Shown here: positions 40,732 to 51,174 of the stretch, in pieces | Numbering within the stretch: the first letter of the stretch is position 1 | Layout: the number at the start of each line of letters is the position of its first letter | Origin: Eledone cirrhosa | Taxonomy: Eukaryota | Direction: 5' to 3' | NCBI GenBank assembly: GCA_964016885.1 | Contig: OZ024757.1 | Coordinates: 35,774,001 to 35,838,000 of the forward strand | DNA length: 64,000 nt | Notes under the pieces: model-generated | Database searches by the model: none | The model's input: the letters and a program-made list of their open reading frames with translations, nothing else | Told to the model about the DNA's origin: nothing | Made by a program: the position numbers and the translations under genes

Positions 40732-42315
40732 CCTCTCTCTCGTTTCATTTCTCTCTCCCTCTCTCTCGTTTCTTTTCTATATCTCGTTTCATTTTCTCTA
40801 TCTCGTTTCATTTCTCTCTCTCTCGTTTCATTTCTCCTCCCTCCCTCTCTCCCCCTCTCTCTCCATCCCCCTCTCTCCATCCCCCCTCTCCCCCCTCTCT
40901 CCATCCCCCCTCTCTCTCTCATCCACCCCTCCCCCCCACTCTCTCTCCCACTCCCCCTCTCCCCCTCCTCTCCCACCCTCTCTCCCTCTCCCTCTTCCCC
41001 CTCTCTCTCGTTTCATTTCTCTCTCTCGTTTCATTTCCCTCTCTCTCTCCCTCTCTCTCGTTTCATTTCTCTCTCCCCCCCTCTTTTCCCTCACTCTCCC
41101 CCCTCTCTCTCTCTCGTTTCATTTCTCTATCTCTTCTCTCTCTCTCTCGTTTCATTTCTCTCTCACTCTCCCACTCTCCCTCCCTCTCTCCCCCTCTCTC
41201 TCTTCCTCCCTCTCTCCCCCCTCTCCCCCTCTTCCCCTCTCCCTCTCCCCCTCCCTCTCCCTCTATCTCGTTTCATTTCTCTATCTCGTTTCATTTCTCT
41301 CTCTCTCGTTTTATTTCTCTCTCCCCCTCCCTCCCCCCCTCTCTCTCCTTCTCCCCCCTCTCTCTCCTTCTCCCCCCCCTCCTTCTCCCCTATATCTCCC
41401 CCTCCCACTCCCCCTCTCCCACTCCCTCTCCACCCTCTCTCCCTCTCCCTCTCCCCCTCTCTCTCGTTTCATTTCTCTCTCTCGTTTCATTTCCCTCTCT
41501 CTCTCTCCCTCTCTCTCGTTTCATTTCTCTCTCCCCCCTCTCTCCCTCACTCTCCCCCTCTCTCTCTCTCGTTTCATTTCTCTATCTCGTTTCATTTCTC
41601 TCTCTCTCTCGTTTCATTTCTCTCTCACTCTCCCACTCTCCCTCCCTCTCTCCCCCTCTCTCTCTTCCTCCCTCTCTCCCCCCTCTCCCCCTCTTCCCCT
41701 CTCCCTCTCCCCCTCCCTCTCCCTCTATCTCGTTTCATTTCTCTATCTCGTTTCATTTCTCTCTCTCTCGTTTTATTTCTCTCTCCCCCTCCCTCCCCCC
41801 TCTCTCTCCTTCTCTCCCTCCCTCTCCCCCTCTCTCCCCTCTCCCCCCCCCCCCCCTCCTTCCCCCTATATCTCCCCTCCCTCTCCCCCTCTCTCTCCCT
41901 CTCTCTCGTTTCATTTCTCTCTCTCTCTCGTTTCATTTTCTCTCACCCTCCCTCTCTCCCTCCCTCCCCTCTCTCCCCCTCTCTCTCTCTCCCCCTCCCT
42001 CTCCCCCTCCCTCTCCTTCTCCCCCCTCTCACTCCCTCCCTCTCTCTCCCTCTCCCCCTCTCTCTCTCTCCCTCTCCCCCTCTATCTCCCTCTCCCCCTC
42101 TCTCTCCCTCTCTCTCTTTCCCTCTCCCCCTCTCTCCCTCCCTCTCTCCCTCTCGTTTCATTTCTCTCACCCTCCTCTCTCCCCTTCTCTCCCTCTCCCC
42201 CCTCTCTCTCTCTCCCCCTCTCTCTCTCCCCCTCTCTCTCTCCCCCTCTCTCTCTCGTTTCATTTCTCTCTCTTCCTCTCTCTCTCTCGTTTCATTTCTC
42301 TCTCTCTCTCGTTTC

Positions 42316-42351
<36 letters not shown>

Positions 42352-42521
42352 TCATTTCTCTCTCTCTCTCTCTCTCTCGTTTCATTTCCCTCTCTCTCGT
42401 TTCATTTCTCTCTCTCTAGTTTCATTTCATTTCTCTCCCTCTCTTTCATTTCATTTCTATCTCTCTCTCTCTCTCTCTTCCTCCCCTCTCTCCCCTCCCC
42501 CTCCCTCCCCCCTCTCCCTCT
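35525..42521 (+). repeat. Degenerating CT/CCCT polypyrimidine tract derived from the satellite
   Basis: 7 kb with no 46-bp arrays. The punctuation motif drifts from CGTTTCATCT to CGTTTCATTT and C-runs increase. Has local duplications (period about 460 bp at 41.0-41.9 kb). Confidence 0.93.
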
Positions 42522-42712
42522 GTTTATATTGTATTTTGTCTGAAGATGGCATAACATATTGTTAATATGATATAACGAAATAAATATGGTTTTATAAATA
42601 TAGTTTCCATTTATTTAATATCATAAATATACTCCAAATACTTGTTGAGTGCTTTTATATCAGTTATAAATATTTACTCGTTGTTAACCCAACAATTTAA
42701 ATATAACTTTCC
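42522..42712 (+). mobile_element. Penelope-like pseudo-LTR fragment with a broken hammerhead core
   Basis: CTGAAGA at 42540 is followed by AAATAAATATGGT.TTATAAA.AT..TTTCCATTTATT..ATACTCCA..GAGTGCTT, which is homologous to 51519-51690. Confidence 0.55.
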
Positions 42713-42859
42713 ATATATATATAATATATATATTTTATATATATTATATTATATATATATATATTATATGTAATATATATATATTATATATATTATATTA
42801 TATATATAATATATATATATATATAACATAGATATATTATATATATATAATATATATAT

Positions 42860-42892
<33 letters not shown>

Positions 42893-42894
42893 AT

Positions 42895-42937
<43 letters not shown>

Positions 42938-42981
42938 CATATATATATATATAATATATATATAATATATATATATATATA
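42713..42981. repeat. Imperfect (TA)n microsatellite
   Basis: About 270 bp of nearly pure TA dinucleotide. Confidence 0.97.
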
Positions 42982-43054
42982 CACCCCTCCCTCCCTCCCT
43001 TTCTCTCCCTCCCTCCCTCTCTCCCTCCCTCCCTTTCTCTCCCCTCCCTCCCAG

Positions 43055-43190
43055 TGATGGGCTGTATTTGGGGATTCAACCAGATCAGTTGGAGATGGTT
43101 ACTTCTGACAGGACCTACTGGAAGGAGTGCTTGCGGACTCTGCCCCACGACCTTTTCAGGAATAAGTGGGCGAAGAAGGTAAAGAAGGAC
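43055..43190 (+). mobile_element. RTE-like LINE 3' end fragment
   Basis: TGGAGATGGTT.CTTCTGACAGGACC.ACTGGA.GGAGTG...AGGAATAAGTG is shared with the 3' end of the 63410-63765 element. Confidence 0.65.
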
Positions 43191-43516
43191 GAGTTCCGCT
43201 AAAAACTATATCTAGAGTTACTTCCCCTGATATATTCCTAATTCTCTCCATTTCCTGATATTTTAATAATTGGCTCAGATCTTACAGCTGACATTTGGGG
43301 ATAGAATTAGAAATAATTGCTATTTAACTGTGTAAATACATCATTGTCCCTTGTGTTGACCTGAAAATATAAACTAACGTTTGTTATAAGATGTTTTTTT
43401 ATGAAACTGTCGTTGGTATTTTGACATCTTCATAAATATGTAAGTATTATTATATAAACATCTATATTGTATGTATGCGATGAACATATATTGATAGCTT
43501 CCTTTTCCCGTCTATA

Positions 43517-44071
43517 TTAACACTTTTAGTTACCATATTTTTATATATTTAAACGGCTGAGAGGTACTTAACTGTAATTCCGAGGGTCCGCCTTCTCGAA
43601 AATGTCGCACATGAGATTATTTGAAAACACGAAAAAGCAATCTTTTCTTAGCGAACTCCAGCGGATGCTTTTCTATAAATTTACCCTTTCAAATCATTTT
43701 GAAAATATTAAAGAATTTGCAGGAATTTACTAATATATTTTTCTCATTATTTATCTGGTGTTTGGAACATAACTTAACAAAAGTTCTTACATAAAATTAT
43801 GATGAAAGGTTTTCAAATAAATGTAAATACTTTTGTTCCCATATTTCTTGTAAAAGACACTGCCTATAGTTTCGAAAATGATCAAGAATTGAAAAGATTT
43901 AATACAAACTTTCGCGTTATTTATCTGGTGTTTGAAACATAACTTAACAAAGGGTCCTACATAGAGTTTTATGGTGAAACGATTTTAGATAAATATAAAT
44001 ACTTTAAAATATACAATTTAATATCGTAGATCGAGGGGCGGTTTCAGATAGTTTCGCACCAAAAGGGTTTA
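43517..44071. mobile_element. Possible piggyBac-like non-autonomous element
   Basis: Left end TTAA-CACTTTTAGT, right end ACCAAAAGGG-TTTA (8/10 inverted match, degenerate TTAA). Internal direct repeat TTATTTATCTGGTGTTTG.AACATAACTTAACAAA at about 43748 and 43917. Confidence 0.45.
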
Positions 44072-44095
44072 TGTAAGCATTATATATACATCTGT

Positions 44096-44277
44096 GGGTG
44101 GATTGGCAGTTTCGGTAGAGGGTCGGACGCCATGCTTTCTAGCATAGTTACGTCCCTTTACGATCTGAGTTCAAATCCCGCCGAGGTTGACTTTGCCTTT
44201 CATCCTTACGGGATTGATAAAATAAAGTACCAGTAATGCACTGGGTAATTGCTGGCCTTGTGCCTAAAGTAGAAACA
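44096..44277 (+). mobile_element. SINE family A, full-length copy
   Basis: A-box-like TGGCAGTTTCGG and B-box GAGTTCAAATC. The central CTTTGCCTTTCATCCTTACGG..GATAAAATAAAGTACCAG resembles the MetaSINE central domain as recalled (needs checking). TSD ATTATATATAC(AC)ATCTGT on both sides. Confidence 0.88.
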
Positions 44278-44613
44278 ATTATATATACACATCTGTATAT
44301 GCGCTACAATGTCTAACAGAAGACCTGAGGTGACAACCCAGTCTGGCCTATACAGTAAACGTGGTTTGTGCTTAAGGAAGGGCATCTGGCAGTCATGAGT
44401 TCCTGCTATGAGCAAAGTACGGTACGGTCAACTGGCCAGATCTTACCACCCAGTTTCATGGTCAGACATGCCTCATAAGTGGGATCAAGCAGTCCCACAC
44501 TGTAAATGGGGCTGGTGTTTGGAAAGGCATAGCGGCCTCTAGACTCACCTGATCAATGAAAACCCCTTGTTGTACAGCCAACCATGTTATTCTTCATTAT
44601 TACTCCAAGTATA

Positions 44614-44650
44614 CCAGTAATGCACTGGCCTTGTGCCTAAAGTAGAAACA
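44614..44650 (+). mobile_element. 5'-truncated SINE family A tail with 18-bp TSD
   Basis: 37-bp tail between two perfect copies of ATTATTACTCCAAGTATA (44596-44613, 44651-44668). Confidence 0.85.
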
Positions 44651-44929
44651 ATTATTACTCCAAGTATAACCTACATAGGAATTACCGCGAACTCGCTGCC
44701 TAACTATGGAAACATCTTGTTGAGTCAAACAAAGCCGTACGTTAAAACTATCCACAACACAGAGTACTCACAACCTCTAACTGGATTACCTATAACGATA
44801 ACTTATCCCATATATATATATAGAGAGAGAGAGAGAGGTTTACATATACATAAACTAGAGAGCCATAGATATATATATATGTTTTTGGCAACCATATATA
44901 TATATATATTAAGAAGTCAGAGAAGATTA

Positions 44930-45430
44930 TGAATGTAGGCGGGAAGCTGCTACAGTTGGTTGAGGACTTCCTGTATCTGGGAGCAAAGATTGGGAATATG
45001 GAAGATGATGTGGTGGACAGGAAGAGCTAAACCTGGGCGGCATGCCACAGCTTGAGATCGGTGTGGAAGTTGAACCTTTGTAAAGACCGGAAGATCCATA
45101 TCTTTGTTGCTGCAGTGGAGTCTGTGCTACTAAATGGGTCTGAGACTTGGACACTGACCAAGAAACTCATTCAGATGGTGGATGGGTGCTACATGAGAAT
45201 GACTCTGAACATTAATCAGTATACACTGAGGATGAACTCAAAGCTGTACGGGAGCCTCCCAAAAGTCAGCTCGAAAGTGACACAGAGGAACTGAGGTTAG
45301 CTAGACATGCTCACTGACATTCAGAGTTGACACTAGAAGAGGAAGACTGAGGTTGACATATATTGATGCCCTAAGGACAGACACTGGTCTCTTGGAGACA
45401 CAGGACATGGCAGCATTGATGAGTAACAAA
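44930..45430 (+). mobile_element. RTE/RTEX-like LINE relic (RT C-terminus)
   Basis: Frames read VEDFLYLGAKI and RSVWKLNLCKDRKIHIFVAAVESVLLNGSETWTLTKKLIQMVDGCY, matching the F.YLG and LLYGSETW motifs. Contains stops. Confidence 0.75.
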
Positions 45431-45976
45431 TCGCTGGAGAGAACTCGTCCATGGATCTCGGGAATTTTACTTGCCCTATATATATATATATGTATGTGTG
45501 TGTGTTAATCAATGAAAACAAATGGTAAAGTTCCTTTTGTTTTCATAGTTCAACATAACTTTGATAGACATGGCCTGGGCCAATACTGACCAAAACCTAA
45601 GTTAATAGCATATAGAAATGTAGTCAAAGAGTCGTTGGAAGGAATCTGCTGTGTTCTGACTTGGAGAGGGACGGGCTCCACCAAAAGACCCATGAAGCAT
45701 CATATGCCACTTCAACCCCCCTTACAACTCCATCAGGAGTTATAAGACCATATCTTATGTATGATGGATTGTAAGGGGCTATCATGACATACATGTCTTT
45801 TAACCCGGTGAAGTCTGTCTCCATGTCTCTCCAGGTTTCAACATAACCAATATCTTCCAGAGAAGAGAGAGAGGGAAGGTGGGAAAGATGAACAACAAAG
45901 TTGATGTGAGATTTGAACTCAGAGATTGGAAAGGAATACTGTCAGACATTCTAACAACTCTTCCAATTCACAGCCT

Positions 45977-46095
45977 CTATATCTTATACTGTTTCTTTAA
46001 TATTTCAGAATATCAGATGACATTGGCAGAAGAGAATTGTTGACCTCAGAAACATCACTATTTACCATCTTTTAAAAACTAAAGGAAGATGTTAT
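45977..46095 (+). promoter_or_regulatory. Splice acceptor and conserved 5'-UTR exon start of ZNF gene 1, with uORF
   Basis: TTTCTTTAATATTTCAG|AATATC (AG ends at 46008). Nearly identical to the reverse complement of 57461-57585. uORF MTLAEENC* at 46017-46043. Confidence 0.65.
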
Positions 46096-46335
46096 CACTG
46101 CGACCACAGTTGAACATTCCCGACAAAGTCTCTCCACGATTTTCCATTGCTCCTGGCAACTGATCCCTACTGACTGAGGTTTGTATCGTCTGAGAGTTGA
46201 TCAATGAAGGTTTGGGCAGGTCTTCCTCTATTGTCTCCCGTCAGCTGGTTCCCACAATAGCAACTTGTGTATAACTTCCAGCTTATTTCTCCAGCAATGT
46301 CCTGCAAACCTTAGCCATCTTTGAGCAATTGTAGT
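46096..46335 (-). mobile_element. RTE/RTEX-like LINE 3' fragment inserted in the ZNF gene 1 5' UTR
   Basis: Minus strand reads QRWLRFAGHCWRNKLEVIHKLLLWEP. Flanked by TGTTAT at 46090-46095 and 46336-46341. Absent from the paralogous UTR of ZNF gene 2. Confidence 0.75.
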
Positions 46336-46551
46336 TGTTATACAGAACAAATATTGTTTATATAAATCTATGGCAGAATTACTAAAAAATATTTCCTCTG
46401 CACTGAGATGATTTGGGGTTTTTCTCAAGTTGTACAAGATGGTTTTGTATTTAAACGTAGATGCGTCTACAAAGATGGAAATATTTATTAGGAATCAAAT
46501 ATAAACTTGAAACGAAGCAAAATCTCTATATTTTGGCAAAAAAAGAATAAA

Positions 46552-48330
46552 ATGGAAGATGAATTGTATGTTAAGAAGGTAAAATGTAAAACAGAGTCTG
46601 AGTGTATCGATACTTCTAGTGAGAAAAAGAAAGAAAAAACATATTGTGATATCTGTGGTAAGTCATTCTCTCATAAAGGTAACCTAACCACTCACAAACG
46701 TATTCATACTGGAGAGAAACCATATCATTGTGATATCTGTGGTAAATTATTCTCTCACATAGGTCATTTAACTACTCACAAACGTATTCATACAGGAGAG
46801 AAACCATATCATTGTGATATTTGTGGTAAATCATTCTCTCATGGAAGTACGTTAAATATGCACAATAGACATAGGCATAAGGGAGAGAAACCATATCACT
46901 GTGATATTTGTGGCAAATCATTCTTTCTAAAAAGTGAGCTAACTACTCACAAACGTACTCATACAGGAGAGAAACCATATCACTGTGATATCTGTGGTAA
47001 ATCATTCTCTGTAAGATGTAACTTAACTAGACACAAACATATTCATAGGGCAGAGAAACGATATCACTGTGATATCTGTGATAAATCATACTCTGAACAA
47101 AGAACCTTAACTATGCATAACAGGCATATTCATACAAAAGAAAATTCATTTTGCTGTGATATCTGTGGTAAATCATTCTCTGCAAGAAGTGTATTAACTA
47201 CTCACAAACGCATTCATACAGGAGAGAAACCATATCACTGTGATATCTGTGGTAAATCATTTGCTGTATCGGGTAATTTAGCTGCTCACAAGTATATTCA
47301 TACAGGAGAGAAACCCTATGACTGCAAGATCTGTGGTAAATCGTTTTCTGTAAGATGTAACTTAACAACTCACAAACGCAGTCACACAGGAGAGAAACCA
47401 CATCGCTGTGATATCTGCGGCAAATCATTTTCTGGAAATTGTGATTTAACTAAACACAGACGTATTCATACAGGAGAAAAACCATATCACTGCGATATCT
47501 GTGAAAAATCATTTTCTCAAAGATATACCTTAATAAGCCACATACAGATTCACACAGGAGAGAAGCCATATCACTGTGATATTTGTGGTAAATCATTCTC
47601 TCGTAGAAGTACTTTGACTCTACACAATAGACATATTCATAAAAGAGAGAAACCATATCCCTGTGATATCTGTGATAAATCATTTTGTCAAAGAACTGAA
47701 TTAAATACTCACAAACGCACTCATACAGGTGAAAAACCATATCACTGCAATATCTGTGGTATATCATTCTCTACAGGAAGTAACTTATCTAGACACAGAT
47801 TTAGTCATACAGGAGAGAAACCATATCACTGTGATATTTGTGGCAAATCATTCTCGGATCGAAGTACTTTAACTAAACACAACAAACATATTCATACGGA
47901 AGAGAATCCACATCATTGTGATATCTGTGGAAAATCATTTTCAGGAAGAAGTAACTTAACTACTCACAAACGCATTCATACAGGAGAGAAACCATATCAC
48001 TGTGATATCTGTGGTAAATTATTTGCTGTATCAGGTAACTTAGCTGCTCACAAGTATATTCATACAGGAGAGAAACCCTATGACTGCGATATCTGTGGTA
48101 AATCTTTCTCTGCAAAGTGTAACTTAACTAGACACAAACGTAGTCACACAGGAGAGAAACCATATCATTGTGATATCTGTAGTAAATCATTCTCTGACCG
48201 AAGTACTTTAACCAAACACAACATACATATGCATAAGAGAGAGAAGCCATATCACTGTGATATCTGTGGTAAATCATTTTCTCAAAAATGTCACCTAACT
48301 ACACATGTATGTATTTATACAGCAGAGTAA
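46552..48330 (+). CDS. Tandem C2H2 zinc-finger protein (592 aa; 19 intact fingers plus 1 degenerate)
   Basis: Open frame from ATG 46552 (MEDELYVKK...) to TAA 48330. Repeated CxxC-x12-Hx3-4H with TGEKPY linkers. Short acidic/basic N-terminus and no KRAB/BTB domain seen. Confidence 0.93.
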   Translation: MEDELYVKKVKCKTESECIDTSSEKKKEKTYCDICGKSFSHKGNLTTHKRIHTGEKPYHCDICGKLFSHIGHLTTHKRIHTGEKPYHCDICGKSFSHGSTLNMHNRHRHKGEKPYHCDICGKSFFLKSELTTHKRTHTGEKPYHCDICGKSFSVRCNLTRHKHIHRAEKRYHCDICDKSYSEQRTLTMHNRHIHTKENSFCCDICGKSFSARSVLTTHKRIHTGEKPYHCDICGKSFAVSGNLAAHKYIHTGEKPYDCKICGKSFSVRCNLTTHKRSHTGEKPHRCDICGKSFSGNCDLTKHRRIHTGEKPYHCDICEKSFSQRYTLISHIQIHTGEKPYHCDICGKSFSRRSTLTLHNRHIHKREKPYPCDICDKSFCQRTELNTHKRTHTGEKPYHCNICGISFSTGSNLSRHRFSHTGEKPYHCDICGKSFSDRSTLTKHNKHIHTEENPHHCDICGKSFSGRSNLTTHKRIHTGEKPYHCDICGKLFAVSGNLAAHKYIHTGEKPYDCDICGKSFSAKCNLTRHKRSHTGEKPYHCDICSKSFSDRSTLTKHNIHMHKREKPYHCDICGKSFSQKCHLTTHVCIYTAE

Positions 48331-48777
48331 TGCTATCCTATAAAAGTATCATCAGAGTTTAGTGTCTATTTTCCATGAATAAGATGAGTTGTCTTGTTGT
48401 GAGACAAGTTAGATCAGGTGACCATGCTGTGTTCATACTGTACTTGTTCATACTGTACTGTTTCATGCTTGGTTTCTACGACTGGATGCCCTTCCTAATG
48501 TCAACCATATGGTGTTTGTTGTATCACCAACACGACCACCATACAGGGTGCATATTCGTCATGTCATCAGCACAACTACCTTACATAGTGGTATATATCA
48601 CATATCTATATATATATATACATATACACACAGTAGAAAAAAATATATAAAGGTTTCCTAACTCTTTTATATAGCCAGAATTGTAACCACAATCCCAAGA
48701 TATCAAGTATTTCTAATAAAAACATTCTTTTCAAAACTATTTGTATTATTTTATATTTCCTTTTGTATATTCTCAGA

Positions 48778-49092
48778 CCGGATGATGTGTTGTTTCCTTG
48801 AGCAAGACACTTTATTTCACATTGCTCCAGTTTACTCAGCTGTAGAAATGAGATGATAGGACTGGGGTCCTTATCATTCCACTGCAAAGTGGTCGTGGAG
48901 GTGCCACAGCAAAAAAGCACCCAGCCCACACTGTAAAGTGGAGGTGTAGGCGCCACAGAAAAAAAAGCACCCAGCACTCACTGTAAATGAGGTTGGTGTT
49001 AGGAAGGGCATCCAGCTGTAGAAATCAAGCCAGAATCAGTTCCCGTCCCACCCTTGCAAGCAGGGAAAAAGCGGACATAAAATGATGATGAT
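48778..49092 (+). mobile_element. SINE family B (RTE-type tail, internal minisatellite)
   Basis: TGTTTCCTTGAGCAAGACACTT...CCAGTTTACTCAGCTGTAGAAATGAG core, 2-3 copies of AAAAAGCACCCAG.C.ACACTGTAAA, GGTTGGTGTTAGGAAGGGCATCCAGC, and tail CGGACATAAAATGATGATGAT. Confidence 0.7.
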
Positions 49093-49299
49093 ACTTGCAT
49101 GAGTCTTCCTTTATTGCAGCTTCCCTCCACCTATATTTATATTTATTTATATACAGAGGCTGGCCGTCATAGTGATCATATCACAGGCTGTGCTGCCATC
49201 ATATCAATACTTTGTTTATATTTTGCTTCAACTGAGCTGAGTTTACTGAATATCTGATGACGTCGCCAATTGTCTTGTGTCATGGTCTATGATGTAAAG

Positions 49300-49620
49300 C
49301 AGCCATAGAGGTTTGTGGGGGATAGTCTGCAAACACTTCCTCCAGCAGAAGGAACCATCTCCAACTGGATCCTCAAGCGAGACCAGCCAACCTCATGAAT
49401 GTTATCCAACCATGTTGCTCGGGGTATAATCCAATGATTCTTTCCCAAGACATTCTAACAACATGCCCATAGTATCGGAGCTGTGATCTCTCAATTCGGA
49501 GAAGTAGTGATTCTACCTGGAGTGATTCTCTGATCTCTGAACTATGCACTCTTTCAAGTAGTGTTACACCAAAGACGCTTTGTATTCTTGATCATATTCT
49601 TTCAGTCATTACCATAGGGA
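49300..49620 (-). mobile_element. RTE-like LINE 3' fragment
   Basis: Reverse complement (GATCAGAGAATCACTCCAGGTAGAATCACT...GATCACAGCTCCGATACTATGGGCATGTTGTTAGAATGTC) matches 63410-63765. Confidence 0.75.
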
Positions 49621-49734
49621 AGTGTTGGCACAAATACTGAATTGAAGATAACAAGTTTGACTTTTACACCTACCGCCCTGCTTCTGATTACCAAATGCCA
49701 AAGAAATGTCTTTATGCTTGATATAGTAAGAAGA

Positions 49735-49772
49735 ATTTTAATGTTTCAGATGCTAGTCCTTCATCAGAAAAT
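49735..49772 (-). ncRNA. Degenerate minimal hammerhead ribozyme motif (Penelope-type)
   Basis: Minus strand reads ATTTT-CTGATGA-AGGACTAGCATCT-GAAA-CA-TT-AAAAT. Stem II is weak. A deleted second copy lies near 49995-50016. Confidence 0.4.
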
Positions 49773-51174
49773 AGAATAAGAAATAGCAAGATAGAGGAGA
49801 GTGAGCAGTGGTAGAAACGAACAAAATCTCAGGTTTGTTCAGGTCATCATCTCTTGTAAAACTGTTGAATTCACTGTTTTGTTATAAGAGGTTCAGTTGG
49901 TCTTCTTATATACGTATGTATGCAAAAAGTAGATGGAAACAACACAGTATAATGAAATATATTAGTTTAATGCTTGTTAGAGTAGAAGGAGAGTATTAAC
50001 GTCCTTCATCAGAAGATAGAATGAGAAACAAAAGATGAAAGATAAAGAGTGAGAAAAAGAAAGGAAAAAATATTTTTTTCAGAAAAAGCACATGTGTTCA
50101 GTTATCCATATATATATATATGTCCCTTTGTTATCACTTCTGTGAGATTCAGTTTCTGAGATATAGCTCTCACCATTTTTATCCAGGTCTTCCTCATCCA
50201 CAACTTCCTTCCACTTGTTTTATTCCTCTATCATCATCTCTGTGTGTTTCAGTATTCTTTATTGAGAACAGGTCTTCTGCACCTCTGTACATGGTTTGAC
50301 ATCCCTTTTACAAACCTTTTATATATATATATATAATATTTAAACTTATATATATAATCTATATACAATTATAAATAAGATAAGGGTAATATTTTGTATT
50401 ACCCAGTTACCAGTAAGAAAATTAGCTCACTGTAACATATCAGATATACTGAGATATGCAGAGCAGAAATCTGTCAATTTCAATCTGTTAACACCATCAC
50501 AATCTTAAAGTTTTTTACAAGCTGATGTTTGAAATTCATCGTAGTCTAACTTGGTCTACCACTTCGAGGAATATCAACTTATCTGTACATATATTCAACC
50601 AATATAAACCACTGTTTATAAAGGATAATATCGAAACACTGATTATAACAGAAACAACTGTCATCACAACATTAAATTAAAGAAGGACCTTAAAATCCAT
50701 ACTTTGGATTAAGTCTTTGCTTTATACATTTATTTGAACTTTACAACTCTATACTTATTGCTTACACATGCCACAACTATAGACATTAACATTTTCTACA
50801 TAAACTTTATAAAACTTTTTATAATACTTTTTGCATAATTATCTTTGCCCATAACTAACACACCCTCTAATACTTATAATATATAACACCTATATGTATG
50901 CTATCTCTACACAATTATCTTACCTTATTCCATGTTCTCTGCTATTATTTATATTCTTGGTATGATATTCTTAATATATTAATTTTTAAGTAATATTCCT
51001 TGTATGTATCATATAGCTTCAAACAGCTTCTTTTTATAATACTTTTCAATATTTTACTATCTTTTCATTATAATGTGCTTTTGCTCATACTCTTCAGTAT
51101 ATTGTAACTGACATAATGTATCTTAATGAATGTTCTAAGGTTTAAGAATTTAATTTATTTGTTTTAACATTGTA

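Noticed and set aside
655-42565. Very long ORFs (up to 2353 aa) rich in S/L/F/H/P or R/E
   Set aside because: CT-rich DNA lacks stop codons, so several frames are open at once. Indels shift frames freely between units and no domain signature is present.
43370-43446. Possible first exon of ZNF gene 1 ending at donor AT|GTAAGT (43440)
   Set aside because: A donor-like hexamer alone is insufficient, and there is no homology to the 59.7/61.0 kb promoter module. Needs RNA data.
46507-46551. Upstream TTG starts given for the ZNF ORFs (46507 and 57212)
   Set aside because: In a eukaryote the aligned ATGs (46552, 57164; ME.EL) are the plausible starts.
47198-47767. Antisense ORFs inside ZNF gene 1
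   Set aside because: By-product of the 84-bp finger periodicity.
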